Part shown: positions 8,307 through 17,911 of the stretch, piece after piece
Layout: each line of letters starts with the position of its first letter
How positions within the stretch are numbered: the first letter of the stretch is position 1
From: a virus
Lineage: Duplodnaviria; Caudoviricetes
Length of the DNA stretch: 30,462 nt
Strand: one strand, 5' to 3'
Virus record (IMG/VR): IMGVR_UViG_3300032212_000112
Coordinates: 1-30,462 of that record
Notes under the pieces: generated by a model
Databases searched by the model: none
Told to the model about the DNA's origin: nothing
The model's input: the letters and a program-made list of their open reading frames with translations, nothing else
Position numbers and translations under genes: made by a program

Positions 8307-8603
8307 ATGGCGCTCCCATCACGATTTGTAAAAAACACCGGTGCTGGTGGCGATCCAGATCATGGCCGATTAATCTTTGGTACTAACGGTAGTCGTCGCG
8401 TCAAAGGCAGCGTCAATAAATCAAGGTTATTCACTGGCGAGATAGTTGACAGCACAAAAGAGGCTATTGAGGACACACTTCTACCCACTAAAACCCCAAC
8501 AAGAAAGGACGGGCTTTTACAGCGTCAGCGTAAATTAGGCAGAGGTCGCGTTTCTCTTATCTCTGGAGGGCGAATCAATGGCTTGAGCGGGGTGCTTGGA
8601 TGA
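8307..8603 (+). CDS. Small putative virion protein sharing its C-terminal motif with the upstream gene
   Basis: C-terminal RGRVSLISG...VLG; ATGA overlap with portal. Confidence 0.6.
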   Translation: MALPSRFVKNTGAGGDPDHGRLIFGTNGSRRVKGSVNKSRLFTGEIVDSTKEAIEDTLLPTKTPTRKDGLLQRQRKLGRGRVSLISGGRINGLSGVLG

Positions 8604-10111
8604 ACGGCAAGGATATGCTCAAGCGGTTTAATGCCGCCAATGCCCGTAAGTCTTTGTGGATTGATACCTTACAGCAAGCCTATCAATACGCACTCCCACA
8701 GCGTGAGGAATTTTACCAGAACACACGCGAAGGCCAGAAAAAGAATGAGGAAGTGTACGACTCAACAGCTATAAATGGCTTACAGGCGTGGGCATCCCGT
8801 CTTATGGCGACAATCATGCCACCTTGGAGGCAATGGGGGACAATGGTAGCGGGTCAAGAAATACCAGAGGCCGACAAAGACGAGGTAATGAAAGGGCTTG
8901 AGCAGGCCACAGACACCTTATTCACTGCGTTTAATCACTCGCCATTGGCAACACAAGCCCATGAAGCGATGCTTGAGGCGGGTATCAGTACCGGTGCGCT
9001 ACTGTTTCAAGAAGGCGATGACGAGCAGCCTTTTGATATAACCGCTATACCATCCAGCCAATTAGTACCAGAGGAAGGCCCAGACGGTACGATTGAAACC
9101 GTTTTCCGTGAATGGGACGTGCCCGCACGACTGATTGAGCGCAAATGGCCTGATGCAGAAATCCCCGCATCTATTGCTGATACGCTCAAAAACAAGCCTG
9201 ATACAAAGATAAAGATGATCGAGGGTACAATCTATAATGCCGAGACTAAGAAATACGATTACAAGGTTATGATCAAAAAAGGCATGGAAATGATTGTTGA
9301 GCGCACTGAGGATGTAAGCCCTTGGATTGTGTTCAGAACATCGGTGATGCCTGGTGAAATCTTAGGACGTGGCCCGATACTGCAAGCCTTGCCCGATATT
9401 CTTACGGCTAATAAGGTCAAAGAGTTTACGCTAAGACGTGCAGCGATTGATATTGGCGGTATCTATACGCACGTATCAGATGGCGCTATTAACCCATATA
9501 CTATACAATTAGTGCCTAACTCATTGATTCCGGTACAAAGCAATGCAAACGAAAACCCCACATTGCGCCGATTGGACACAGGCGGAGGCATCGATGTATC
9601 ACAGATTGTATTGGCCGACTTACAGGCCAGCATCAATGATGCCTTATTTGCAAATGCGCTTGGCCCTGTTGAAGGCCCAACAAAATCAGCGACAGAAATC
9701 AGCATAAGACAGCAAGAGCTTGTGCAGATTGCCGGTGCTACGTTTGGCCGCTTGCAGACCGAATTGCTTGAGAAGTTAGTCAAGCGTGGCGTTTACATTC
9801 TCCAGCGTCTAGGCAAAATCCCTGAGTTTAATATCGATGGCAAAGAAGTGACTTTACGCTATGAATCGCCATTGGCTCGCGCACAAGATGCAGAAGAAAT
9901 CCAGAATATCCAGCGATGGATAGAAATGTCATCACAGCTAGGCCCTGAATTGTTTATGGGTACTCAGAAGGTTGAGGAAATACCGAACAAGATTGGCGAA
10001 TTGTTAGGCGTACCGGCTGACTTTAAGCGTGAGGATGCCGATAAACAGCAAATGATGGAAATGGTAGCCGGTATTATTGCTCAATCACAACTACAAGGGC
10101 AGGCTCAATGA
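8600..10111 (+). CDS. Portal (head-tail connector), T7 gp8/BPP-1-type
   Basis: 503 aa; YDSTA...ASRLM, PWIVFR...GEILGRGP...ALPD, SATEI..RQQE, YESPLARAQ. Confidence 0.92.
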   Translation: MNGKDMLKRFNAANARKSLWIDTLQQAYQYALPQREEFYQNTREGQKKNEEVYDSTAINGLQAWASRLMATIMPPWRQWGTMVAGQEIPEADKDEVMKGLEQATDTLFTAFNHSPLATQAHEAMLEAGISTGALLFQEGDDEQPFDITAIPSSQLVPEEGPDGTIETVFREWDVPARLIERKWPDAEIPASIADTLKNKPDTKIKMIEGTIYNAETKKYDYKVMIKKGMEMIVERTEDVSPWIVFRTSVMPGEILGRGPILQALPDILTANKVKEFTLRRAAIDIGGIYTHVSDGAINPYTIQLVPNSLIPVQSNANENPTLRRLDTGGGIDVSQIVLADLQASINDALFANALGPVEGPTKSATEISIRQQELVQIAGATFGRLQTELLEKLVKRGVYILQRLGKIPEFNIDGKEVTLRYESPLARAQDAEEIQNIQRWIEMSSQLGPELFMGTQKVEEIPNKIGELLGVPADFKREDADKQQMMEMVAGIIAQSQLQGQAQ

Positions 10112-10410
10112 GTAAAGTAACCAGCATTGAAGGCCGATTAACGGGGTTTAAAGCACTAGATTTGGATAACCCTGAACTTGGGGCTATCCGTGCCGAGCAG
10201 AATGAGTATATCAAGCAAATAAACTCAGATATGCGTGAGACTTTTAGCACTGATGCGGGAAAGAGAACGCTTGAAACGCTTAAAAGCTGGACGGTTAAAC
10301 GACCGGCTTGCGATCCGTATGCCACAGAAAGGGTTGATATGTTCAAATCAGGTCAGGATGATATTGTTAGATGTATATTGTTAGCTATTCAAAACACAGG
10401 AGAGAATTAG
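10108..10410 (+). CDS. Bbp19-like conserved protein between portal and scaffold
   Basis: TFSTDAGKRTLETL and FKSGQDDIV patterns; synteny. Confidence 0.65.
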   Translation: MSKVTSIEGRLTGFKALDLDNPELGAIRAEQNEYIKQINSDMRETFSTDAGKRTLETLKSWTVKRPACDPYATERVDMFKSGQDDIVRCILLAIQNTGEN

Positions 10411-11151
10411 ATGGATGACGAATCTTTGATTGCCGATGCAGAATCGACACCAAGCGAAGAATCAACACAAGAAACAACCACAGAAACCCCGTCATGGTAT
10501 ATGAGCGAAGGCGTAGCGGGTGAGGGTGATAAGCCCGAATGGTTTAAAGACAGCAAATATAAGTCAGTATCAGCACAGGCCGAGGCTTATGCTGGCCTAG
10601 AATCCAAACTAGGCGGCTTCACCGGCGCACCAGAGGGCGATTACGAGCTATCATTTCCCGAAGGCGTTGAGGGTGAATGGGTAGAGGGCGACCCATTAAT
10701 GAAAGGATTTCAAACATGGGCGCGTGACAACAATCTTTCTCAAGATAAATTCACAGACCTGCTTCATTTGTACGTGAATAACGAATCACAGATGATGGGA
10801 TCAGACCGAGAAACCGAACTGGCCGCTATTGGCGACAACGCTCAAGCCCGATTACAAAATATCAGTGATTACGCCAGAGCCAATCTATCCGAAGATGAGT
10901 ATCAAGGTATTCTTGCAGCAACAACCACAGCCGCAGGGGTAAAGGCTATTGAGGCGCTAATCGCTCAAACACGAAACCTAAAGATACCAACTAATGATCA
11001 AGACGTAACATCTCAAGGCCCTACGCGAGAAGCAATACAAGAAAGGGTGGCAGACCCACGCTATCAGACATCTCCAGAGTTTAGAAAGGAGACAGATGCA
11101 ATGCGCGAGCGCCTTTACGGAAAAGGGCCTATGAGATCTGTAGTCGGCTAG
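10411..11151 (+). CDS. Capsid assembly scaffolding protein
   Basis: Acidic; KPEWF..KY...AEAYAGLESKLG; C-terminal DPRY motif; position before MCP. Confidence 0.8.
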   Translation: MDDESLIADAESTPSEESTQETTTETPSWYMSEGVAGEGDKPEWFKDSKYKSVSAQAEAYAGLESKLGGFTGAPEGDYELSFPEGVEGEWVEGDPLMKGFQTWARDNNLSQDKFTDLLHLYVNNESQMMGSDRETELAAIGDNAQARLQNISDYARANLSEDEYQGILAATTTAAGVKAIEALIAQTRNLKIPTNDQDVTSQGPTREAIQERVADPRYQTSPEFRKETDAMRERLYGKGPMRSVVG

Positions 11152-11648
11152 TCACCGTGGTTAGGGTGGAAGTTGTATTTAATATCAGCCTCTATCCTAG
11201 CCGCAATAGCGGAGGATTTATCTTTATGTCGCCCTAGGCATATTCTTTTCCCGTCAACCCTTATATGAGCGCGCCATTTACCAGATGACTTCTCATAGCA
11301 TACACCAACAAATCCTGATTTATTGTTTTTATATAGCGACTTATTACGGAGGTTATCAGACTTATGTGATTGGCGCAGGTTAATCCATCTATTATCGTCA
11401 CGTATATGGTTTATGTGATCTACCTGCTCAGGCATCCATCCAAGAACATACAGAAACGCCAATCTATGCTTTGCATACTTTCTGTTTAGTATAGATATAA
11501 ACGAATAACCGCTATGATGAGGTGCTTCGCCGGCAGGCTTTTCTAGCCTCACTCCATACCGGCCTTTAGCCCACATAAATACGCCAGTATTCAAATCATA
11601 AGTTAATAGCTCTCGCAATGTTTCGCGTGTTAATATCTCTTGAGTCAT
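11148..11648 (-). CDS. HNH homing endonuclease with C-terminal AP2 DNA-binding domain
   Basis: LTYDLNTGVF, HRLAFLY, VDHINHIRDDNRWINLR, NKSGFVGV...KWRAHI...LGRH...AIAAR; GGAGA SD before ATG 11648. Confidence 0.9.
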   Translation of the reverse strand: MTQEILTRETLRELLTYDLNTGVFMWAKGRYGVRLEKPAGEAPHHSGYSFISILNRKYAKHRLAFLYVLGWMPEQVDHINHIRDDNRWINLRQSHKSDNLRNKSLYKNNKSGFVGVCYEKSSGKWRAHIRVDGKRICLGRHKDKSSAIAARIEADIKYNFHPNHGD

Positions 11649-11708
11649 TTGACTATCTCCAGTAGTTAATTGATTAGGTGAGGGGTGTTGTCGCACCCCA
11701 TAGCCGAT

Positions 11709-11714
11709 ATTATA
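11709..11714 (-). promoter_or_regulatory. Putative -10 box (TATAAT) for the HNH gene
   Basis: Perfect TATAAT on the minus strand about 60 nt upstream of the HNH start; no good -35. Confidence 0.4.
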
Positions 11715-11720
11715 CCCCTA

Positions 11721-11749
11721 TTGACACCTAGCCGCCATTCCTAGACAAT
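11721..11749 (+). promoter_or_regulatory. Putative sigma70 promoter for the capsid operon
   Basis: TTGACA (11721-11726) - 17 nt - GACAAT (11744-11749). Confidence 0.55.
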
Positions 11750-11755
11750 ACGCAT

Positions 11756-11830
11756 AACGGATACCCGTAATTCTACGGCCTGTTTTAGCAATACATAGGC
11801 CTCCACTCATTGTGGCGATACCCTAAAACA
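11756..11830 (+). promoter_or_regulatory. Structured 5' leader of the major capsid gene (two hairpins with GATAC internal loops)
   Basis: CCGTA/TACGG and CCAC/GTGG stems, GATACCC twice, TGTTTTAG/CTAAAACA complementarity. Confidence 0.5.
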
Positions 11831-11865
11831 AAATTGAACTTTAATTCTTTTTAGGAGAAACGACG

Positions 11866-12723
11866 ATGAGTAAGAACTTATCAGCCGTTGCATCCACAGA
11901 ATTTGACGATATGGTCAAACACGCCTTCCAAACAATGGGCGCGACTAATGGCGGTATTGTCAATGCTGTAACGCAACGAAACAACGTAGTAGGTGACACC
12001 TACAAATTCCGCGCTATGGGTAAAGGCCTCGCCAATCAAAAGGCATCACAGGCTGACGTAACACCTATGGATATTTCTCACAGCCTCATCACAGCAACGC
12101 TGGGTAACTGGAACGCTCCAGAATACACAGATATGTTTGATGCTGCTGAGGTCAACTTTGACGAAAAGCAAGAATTGGCAGAAACGATTGCCGGTGCTTT
12201 GCATCGTCGCCAAGAGCAAATCATCATTGATGCTATGGACGCAGCCACACCAGGCGCAACCGTAGCGGCTAGTATTGGTGGTGCTGATACCAACATGAAC
12301 ATCGAGAAAGTTGTTGAGGCTTCAAAAGAGCTAAACGATGCCGGTGTACCTGTTGACCAAGACCGTCATATTATGACTTCTGCTGATGGCTTAAAGGCTA
12401 TGCTTTTAGAAACTCAAGTAGGTAGTGCTGATTACAACAGTGTTCAATCACTGATGAGCGGTACATTAGACTACTGGATGGGCTTCCATTGGCATATCAT
12501 TGAAAGCCGCGACGAAGGCGGTCTGACTATTGATGGTAATGACGTACGTAATTCGTACGCTTGGCATAAATCAGCAGTTGGCCTTGCTACTGGTATTGAT
12601 ATTACGACTTCGGTTGATTGGGTTGCTCAAAAGACTTCATGGCTATGTAATGGCATGATGAAGTGTGGCGCAGCGATTCGTGATACTGCCGGTCTTATCC
12701 TTATCAACAACGACGAAACATAA
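11866..12723 (+). CDS. Major capsid protein
   Basis: Strong AGGAG SD; 285 aa; after scaffold; G.LDYWMGF.W and AWHKSAVG patterns typical of podovirus capsids. Confidence 0.88.
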   Translation: MSKNLSAVASTEFDDMVKHAFQTMGATNGGIVNAVTQRNNVVGDTYKFRAMGKGLANQKASQADVTPMDISHSLITATLGNWNAPEYTDMFDAAEVNFDEKQELAETIAGALHRRQEQIIIDAMDAATPGATVAASIGGADTNMNIEKVVEASKELNDAGVPVDQDRHIMTSADGLKAMLLETQVGSADYNSVQSLMSGTLDYWMGFHWHIIESRDEGGLTIDGNDVRNSYAWHKSAVGLATGIDITTSVDWVAQKTSWLCNGMMKCGAAIRDTAGLILINNDET

Positions 12724-12734
12724 GGGAGGCTATT

Positions 12735-13001
12735 ATGGCTTACGCTTTATCTGGTTTATCTCAAATTGGCCCAGGTGGCAGCACACCTCGCTTGTGGATG
12801 TACACAAGTGCTGACGCTATCGCTACGGTCAACACAGCAGGCTACTTTAATGACGCATCTGACCTGTTGACGGTTCGTGATGTTATTATCGTTGTGGATT
12901 CTGCAACACCAACAACCAGCTTTGTTAGCGTTTTAACAAACGCATCTGGCGTGGTTGACGTGTCTGACGGTTTAGCTATTACAGAAACCGACACAGACTA
13001 A
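12735..13001 (+). CDS. Small capsid-associated (decoration-like) protein
   Basis: GGAGG SD; directly after MCP and before the terminator; DAIATVNTAGYFN. Confidence 0.6.
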   Translation: MAYALSGLSQIGPGGSTPRLWMYTSADAIATVNTAGYFNDASDLLTVRDVIIVVDSATPTTSFVSVLTNASGVVDVSDGLAITETDTD

Positions 13002-13008
13002 AATTGAT

Positions 13009-13032
13009 AGCCCCTTTCGAGGGGCTTTCTTT
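13009..13032 (+). terminator. Rho-independent terminator after the capsid genes
   Basis: AGCCCCT-TTCG-AGGGGCT followed by TTCTTT. Confidence 0.85.
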
Positions 13033-13042
13033 AAGGTGGTTT

Positions 13043-13591
13043 ATGGCTACTGATATTTCTATGTCATCTAATGCTCTTTTGTTGATAGGGCATGGGACAA
13101 TTAACTCATTTACAGATGTTGGTGCTGGCGCAAAAGCGGCATCAAATCTCTATACCGAAGTCTATGAGGATGCTATCACTATGTATCCTTGGCGCTTTGC
13201 GATGGGTAAGAAGGCCTTATCATTGCTTACTGCATCCCCGCTTAACGAGTGGAAAAACGCTTTTCAATTGCCTAGTGATTTATTGCTAACTTACAGAACC
13301 TATCCCCGTACTCCTTTTGAGATTTATGAGGATAAACTTTATTCAGATCAAGAAACTATTGAGATAGATTACTGGTTTAAGCCAGATGAAACTAATCTAC
13401 CTCCTTATTTTGTAAAATACATGCAGTATCTATTGGCGGCTGAGTTTGCAATATCGGTCACTGATAACCGTACATTGGCCGATGTTTATAATACTAAAGC
13501 ACAGCAACAAGGGCTTATTGCTATGAACCGAGACTCACAAGGCCGCACTAATAACGCTATTGAATCAGCCCCATTTCTTGAGGTTCGATAA
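13043..13591 (+). CDS. Tail tubular protein A (T7 gp11-like adaptor)
   Basis: SNALLLIG, YPWRFA, FQLPSD, LAAEFA; start moved to ATG 13043 (AAGGTGG SD). Confidence 0.82.
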   Translation: MATDISMSSNALLLIGHGTINSFTDVGAGAKAASNLYTEVYEDAITMYPWRFAMGKKALSLLTASPLNEWKNAFQLPSDLLLTYRTYPRTPFEIYEDKLYSDQETIEIDYWFKPDETNLPPYFVKYMQYLLAAEFAISVTDNRTLADVYNTKAQQQGLIAMNRDSQGRTNNAIESAPFLEVR

Positions 13592-15723
13592 TGCCACGAA
13601 TCAGACGGGTACAGTCATCGTTTAATTCCGGTGTACTAGACCCTAGGCTTGCCGCCCGCATTGATGTGAGGGCTTATAATAACGGCGCAGAATGTCTTGA
13701 TGACGCGCTCTGCATCCCGCAAGGCGGCGTATCACGCAGGCCAGGCACAAAATACATCGATTCTCTGGATACGCCATCAACCCGATTAACCGGTATGACC
13801 ATCACTGCCCCGAATGGCGGCACAACGGCTAACGCTAATGATGATAATGACGCAACGCTTTTAACCACCACGACAGCGATTGGCACAACTAATATTTATG
13901 TAGTGGTTCATTATGACTTAGGTAGCGCCGAAACTATTACTTATGCTGATGTGTTAAATGCAACATTATCAGGCGGCAATAGCAGTGATGACTTTTCAAT
14001 ACAATACAGTACAGACAACTCATCATGGACTAGCTTACAGCCTTTTCTTTATCTTGACGGTACATCACGCGATTTAAGGGTTAAGGCAGGGATAACGGCT
14101 CAATACTGGCGTGTTGTTAGGTTTGCTGTCACAGTTGATTTAGGCGCATCCATAGTTAATGTGGGTGAGTTTAATTTATACACAGACACAGAAACATCGG
14201 CGGCAAGATTAATACCCTTCTCGTTTAACACTGAGCAGAATTATATGCTTGCTATCGTTGGTGGCACGCTAGAGGGCACGATGGCGGTGTATAAGGATGA
14301 GGCCATTTTGACGCGGTTTCCTATCTCTTATACAGCTAGTCAAATAGATGATATTAACTGGACGCAATCGGCTGATACATTAATCATTACGCATCCAAAC
14401 ACCGCGCCTACTCGCGTTACCCGTGACACTACGCTTGAGGGGTTATGGATTATTGATGCTGTACCATTAACAAACGTGCCGACTTTTAATTATGGTGCTG
14501 GTGCAGAAAGTGTATGGTCTACGACAAGGGGCTGGCCGAGATCGGTCACTTTCTTTGAGGGGCGCATGGTATTTGGTGGCTCATTAAGTCGTCCGCAGGG
14601 TATCTGGATGAGTGTGTCAAACGACTTTTATAACTTCAATGTTGGTACAGGTCAGCCCGATGAGGCGATTGTAGGGGCATTGGATACCGATCAAGTCAAC
14701 GAGATACGAAACTTAGTGCCAGGCCGTAAGCTGGAGATATTTACATCAGGCGGTGAATTTATTGTGCCAACTACGCCGGTTCTGCCTGAGAATTTTAGTG
14801 CTGTTAGGCAAACAAGTTATGGATCGGCAGCGGTGAGAAATACATCGATTGACGGTGCAACGCTATACGTGCAGCGAAATGGCCAAGGATTTAGGGAGTT
14901 TTTATTCTCTTTTGCCGAGGACTCGCATGTATCTGCATCAGTCAGCCAATTATCCAATCATTTAATTAATACACCGGTTGATATTGACGCGGTAGCAGGC
15001 ACAGAAACATCAGAGACTAATTACGTTTATATTGTGAACGAGTCAGGTGATGTGGTTGTGCTTAATACATTGCGAGAGCAAGAGATTGCGGCGTGGTCAG
15101 GGCCTTGGACGACCGGTGCATCAGGATTATTTAAGCGTGTCGGCGTGTTGGATTTTGATACTTATTTTGTTGTACAACGGACTATTGATGGCTCAACCGT
15201 TAATTATCTGGAAAAACTGGATGAGTCCACTTATACAGATAGCTCATATTCATCGACAAGCCACTCCAGCGCAACGGTGACAGGTTTAGATCATCTTGAG
15301 GGTGAAACGGTCAAGGTCAAATTAGGTGGCGCAGTGCAGGCCGATGCGACCGTATCAAGCGGGACTATTACGCTGGACAGAACACCATCGGCAGAGGCGC
15401 TTGAGGTCGGCATCGAGTATAATCCTATTATCAAAACAATGCCTGTTAATGATGGCTTTCAGGATGGCCCTACACTTAACAGAGAGAAAAGAATTGTCAG
15501 ATGTACAATTAACCGTTATCAGTCATTAGGCATTTTTGTAAACGGTGAAAGGATACCGGATAGGCAGTTAGATGATGATACGTTTGACGCGACACCGGAC
15601 ACCTCTGACGAAGTAACAGAGTTATATTTGCATGGATGGTCTAAAAAAGCACAGATTACGATCACGCAGCAAGACCCCGTGCCAATGACGATTCTTGCAT
15701 TAGATTTGGAGGTTTCCGCATGA
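13591..15723 (+). CDS. Tail tubular protein B (T7 gp12-like nozzle) with inserted beta-sandwich domain
   Basis: SFNSGVLDP, QGGVSRRPGT, RLIPFSFN, QSAD, GWPRSVTFFEGR, QQDPVPMTILA. Confidence 0.88.
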   Translation: MPRIRRVQSSFNSGVLDPRLAARIDVRAYNNGAECLDDALCIPQGGVSRRPGTKYIDSLDTPSTRLTGMTITAPNGGTTANANDDNDATLLTTTTAIGTTNIYVVVHYDLGSAETITYADVLNATLSGGNSSDDFSIQYSTDNSSWTSLQPFLYLDGTSRDLRVKAGITAQYWRVVRFAVTVDLGASIVNVGEFNLYTDTETSAARLIPFSFNTEQNYMLAIVGGTLEGTMAVYKDEAILTRFPISYTASQIDDINWTQSADTLIITHPNTAPTRVTRDTTLEGLWIIDAVPLTNVPTFNYGAGAESVWSTTRGWPRSVTFFEGRMVFGGSLSRPQGIWMSVSNDFYNFNVGTGQPDEAIVGALDTDQVNEIRNLVPGRKLEIFTSGGEFIVPTTPVLPENFSAVRQTSYGSAAVRNTSIDGATLYVQRNGQGFREFLFSFAEDSHVSASVSQLSNHLINTPVDIDAVAGTETSETNYVYIVNESGDVVVLNTLREQEIAAWSGPWTTGASGLFKRVGVLDFDTYFVVQRTIDGSTVNYLEKLDESTYTDSSYSSTSHSSATVTGLDHLEGETVKVKLGGAVQADATVSSGTITLDRTPSAEALEVGIEYNPIIKTMPVNDGFQDGPTLNREKRIVRCTINRYQSLGIFVNGERIPDRQLDDDTFDATPDTSDEVTELYLHGWSKKAQITITQQDPVPMTILALDLEVSA

Positions 15724-16358
15724 ATCCTATTAAGTTTCTAAAAAAGACGCTTGTCATAGAGCTTGGCTTTGCCGCCGCCCCGTTTATTGGTGGCGTTGCC
15801 GGTACAGCAGCAGCGGCAGGGGGTGTCGGTGCATTTGGCGCGGCATTGGGTGCGGGTGTCACATCGGCTGGTCTTGCGGCAGGCATTGCACCGGTTAGCC
15901 TTGCGGCGGGTGTTACTGGTGGCGCATCGGCGGGTCTTTTCGGTGGTAGTCTTTTATCTACATTGTCGGTTGCATCAAAAGTGGTCGGCATTGCGTCAAC
16001 ATTGGCGGGTGGCCAGGCTGAATCACGGGATCTTAAAACTCAAGCCAAAGCCGAAGAATTTAACTCTCTTAATAGAGAGATCGAGCGCAAAAGAAACCTA
16101 ATCAGATCGTTAGCACTGCAAAACGTCAGGGCTGGCGCGTCCGGTATTACCTCTGGATTTGGCTCATCGGCACAAGCGATACAGCTTGAAGATATAAGCC
16201 GGTTTGAATTAGATCAATCGGTCGATGCTTTTGCAACCACACAGCGCGTCAACCAATTAAAACAAAACGCATCCAATGCGACTAACTTTAGCTTGTTGAG
16301 TGCTGGTGGTGAAGCGGCTAGATTTGGCTTACGAGCAGCGCGCAGAGGTACGGTTTAA
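15720..16358 (+). CDS. Internal virion (ejection) protein, gp14-like
   Basis: Long Gly/Ala hydrophobic N-terminus, coiled coil, AGASG motif; synteny. Confidence 0.65.
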   Translation: MNPIKFLKKTLVIELGFAAAPFIGGVAGTAAAAGGVGAFGAALGAGVTSAGLAAGIAPVSLAAGVTGGASAGLFGGSLLSTLSVASKVVGIASTLAGGQAESRDLKTQAKAEEFNSLNREIERKRNLIRSLALQNVRAGASGITSGFGSSAQAIQLEDISRFELDQSVDAFATTQRVNQLKQNASNATNFSLLSAGGEAARFGLRAARRGTV

Positions 16359-17911
16359 TGCGCTATCAGAGCAGATTAATATCAGCCCAGCCGGTGCAAA
16401 GTAATTCACCACAGCTATTTCAGTCTCTTGCATCGAGATTGTCAGCTTTCTCTGAGCAAGAAGAAACACGTTTAGATCAAGCAGTTGCTAAAAAAGCCAA
16501 AGAAAAAGGGCTGATTGACGCACAGGGAAAAACATCGATAACACTGAGAAACGGCGATACCATTGCTGATAACGCATGGAATGAAGGGGCTATTGCCTCG
16601 CATGTATCAGCCGTTAAGCTGGATATGTTTGAAAATTTGTCACGTATTGAGGCTGAAAGCCCACGAAATCCAGAAGCCTATGCAGCCAAAGCACAGGCAT
16701 ATAGCTCTGGATTATTGCAAGGCGTACCCGACAACATAAAGCCATTAGTGCAAGATGAATTGGCTGAGACAATATTAAAGTCAAGCGTTAAGATTCGCTC
16801 AGATTTAGTCACTTTCCAGCGTGAGCAGCACGACTCGCAAATGAGTACAGCGCAGGATTTATACCAAACTCAGGCAGAAAACGCAGCCAAAGAGGGTGAT
16901 GTTCAAACCGCCTTTGATTCGCATGAGAAAGCGATTGGCCTGGTAGATAGCCGTGAGCGTGCCGGTATGATTGACGCTAAAACAGCCGAGACAGCGCGTA
17001 GAAATATTACCCGCGAGACTGAGGACTCAGCTATTTATGGCGAAATGGCAAGAGAGATACAAAAAGGGCGCGGTGGTGCGTTTATTAAGAAATTCAGAAA
17101 AATGAAGTCTTTTGGTGATCGCGATCCAGAATACCGAGCTAAGATGGAAAAGCAAATGGTTTCCATGATGAAAGAATCTCATGCTATTGAAGATGCTGAG
17201 CTTGCCGCAGATACAGCAGCGCGTAAGGGAAGATGGATTCAAGGTGAGCGTGTGGCTACTAATTTACTATTTGAAGGCCAGCTTAATGAGCAGAAAATAA
17301 AAGATATGGTTAAAAACGATGAGCTTGATCCATCGATTGGCCGAACTTACATGAAAGCACAATCACAAGGGCCAGAGTTTTCAGATGGTGTTTCATTGAT
17401 TAAATATAAAGCCAATCTTTTAGGTTATACAGAATCCCAAATAATGACTGATGGCACATTAACCTTTGACGATAGGCGAAAACTGGTTGATGAACATCGC
17501 AAGCTAAGAGAGGATAAGTTTAACTGGCGAGCAACGCAGGAAGGGCGCGAAGGCGCAAGACGTATCACCTCTGCGTTTGGTATCATTAAAGGCGTAGCCG
17601 GTGCTAGAACAACGAAAGAAGATGCACAAAGAGCGGGCATGGCATTAACTCGCTATTACGATGAAATGGAAAATATTGAGCTAGAGCAAAGAGAGTCAAT
17701 GGCGGTTATCACGGCTGATAATATCGTCAAAGATATTAATATGGAGATACGAGAAAAAGACCTAGATAAAAACAGGGATAAATTATCTAAAAGAAAATAT
17801 CAGACCGTTGAGGATATTGAGGCAGCAGATATTGGTGACGAAGAAAAGAAAACTGAGATCAATCAGCTAAACAGATTGCTAAAACGCATTAAAAGGCTAG
17901 AAAGTGAATAA
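16358..17911 (+). CDS. Internal virion (ejection) protein, gp15-like
   Basis: 517 aa helical Ala/Gln/Glu/Lys-rich; synteny. Confidence 0.6.
   Translation: MRYQSRLISAQPVQSNSPQLFQSLASRLSAFSEQEETRLDQAVAKKAKEKGLIDAQGKTSITLRNGDTIADNAWNEGAIASHVSAVKLDMFENLSRIEAESPRNPEAYAAKAQAYSSGLLQGVPDNIKPLVQDELAETILKSSVKIRSDLVTFQREQHDSQMSTAQDLYQTQAENAAKEGDVQTAFDSHEKAIGLVDSRERAGMIDAKTAETARRNITRETEDSAIYGEMAREIQKGRGGAFIKKFRKMKSFGDRDPEYRAKMEKQMVSMMKESHAIEDAELAADTAARKGRWIQGERVATNLLFEGQLNEQKIKDMVKNDELDPSIGRTYMKAQSQGPEFSDGVSLIKYKANLLGYTESQIMTDGTLTFDDRRKLVDEHRKLREDKFNWRATQEGREGARRITSAFGIIKGVAGARTTKEDAQRAGMALTRYYDEMENIELEQRESMAVITADNIVKDINMEIREKDLDKNRDKLSKRKYQTVEDIEAADIGDEEKKTEINQLNRLLKRIKRLESE

Noticed and set aside
11144-11734. 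7-bp inverted repeats (TCGGCTA/TAGCCGA; CGGCTAG/CTAGCCG) flanking the HNH gene, as IS or invertible-segment ends
   Set aside because: Too short to exceed chance; no transposase or invertase and no target duplication seen
12700-12740. T7 10A/10B-style frameshift extension of the capsid protein
   Set aside because: No slippery sequence near the stop, and the next gene has its own strong GGAGG SD
13004-13042. Longer N-terminus for tail tube A as given in the ORF track
   Set aside because: It would run through the terminator hairpin; ATG 13043 has a proper SD. Similar start corrections were applied to several other ORFs
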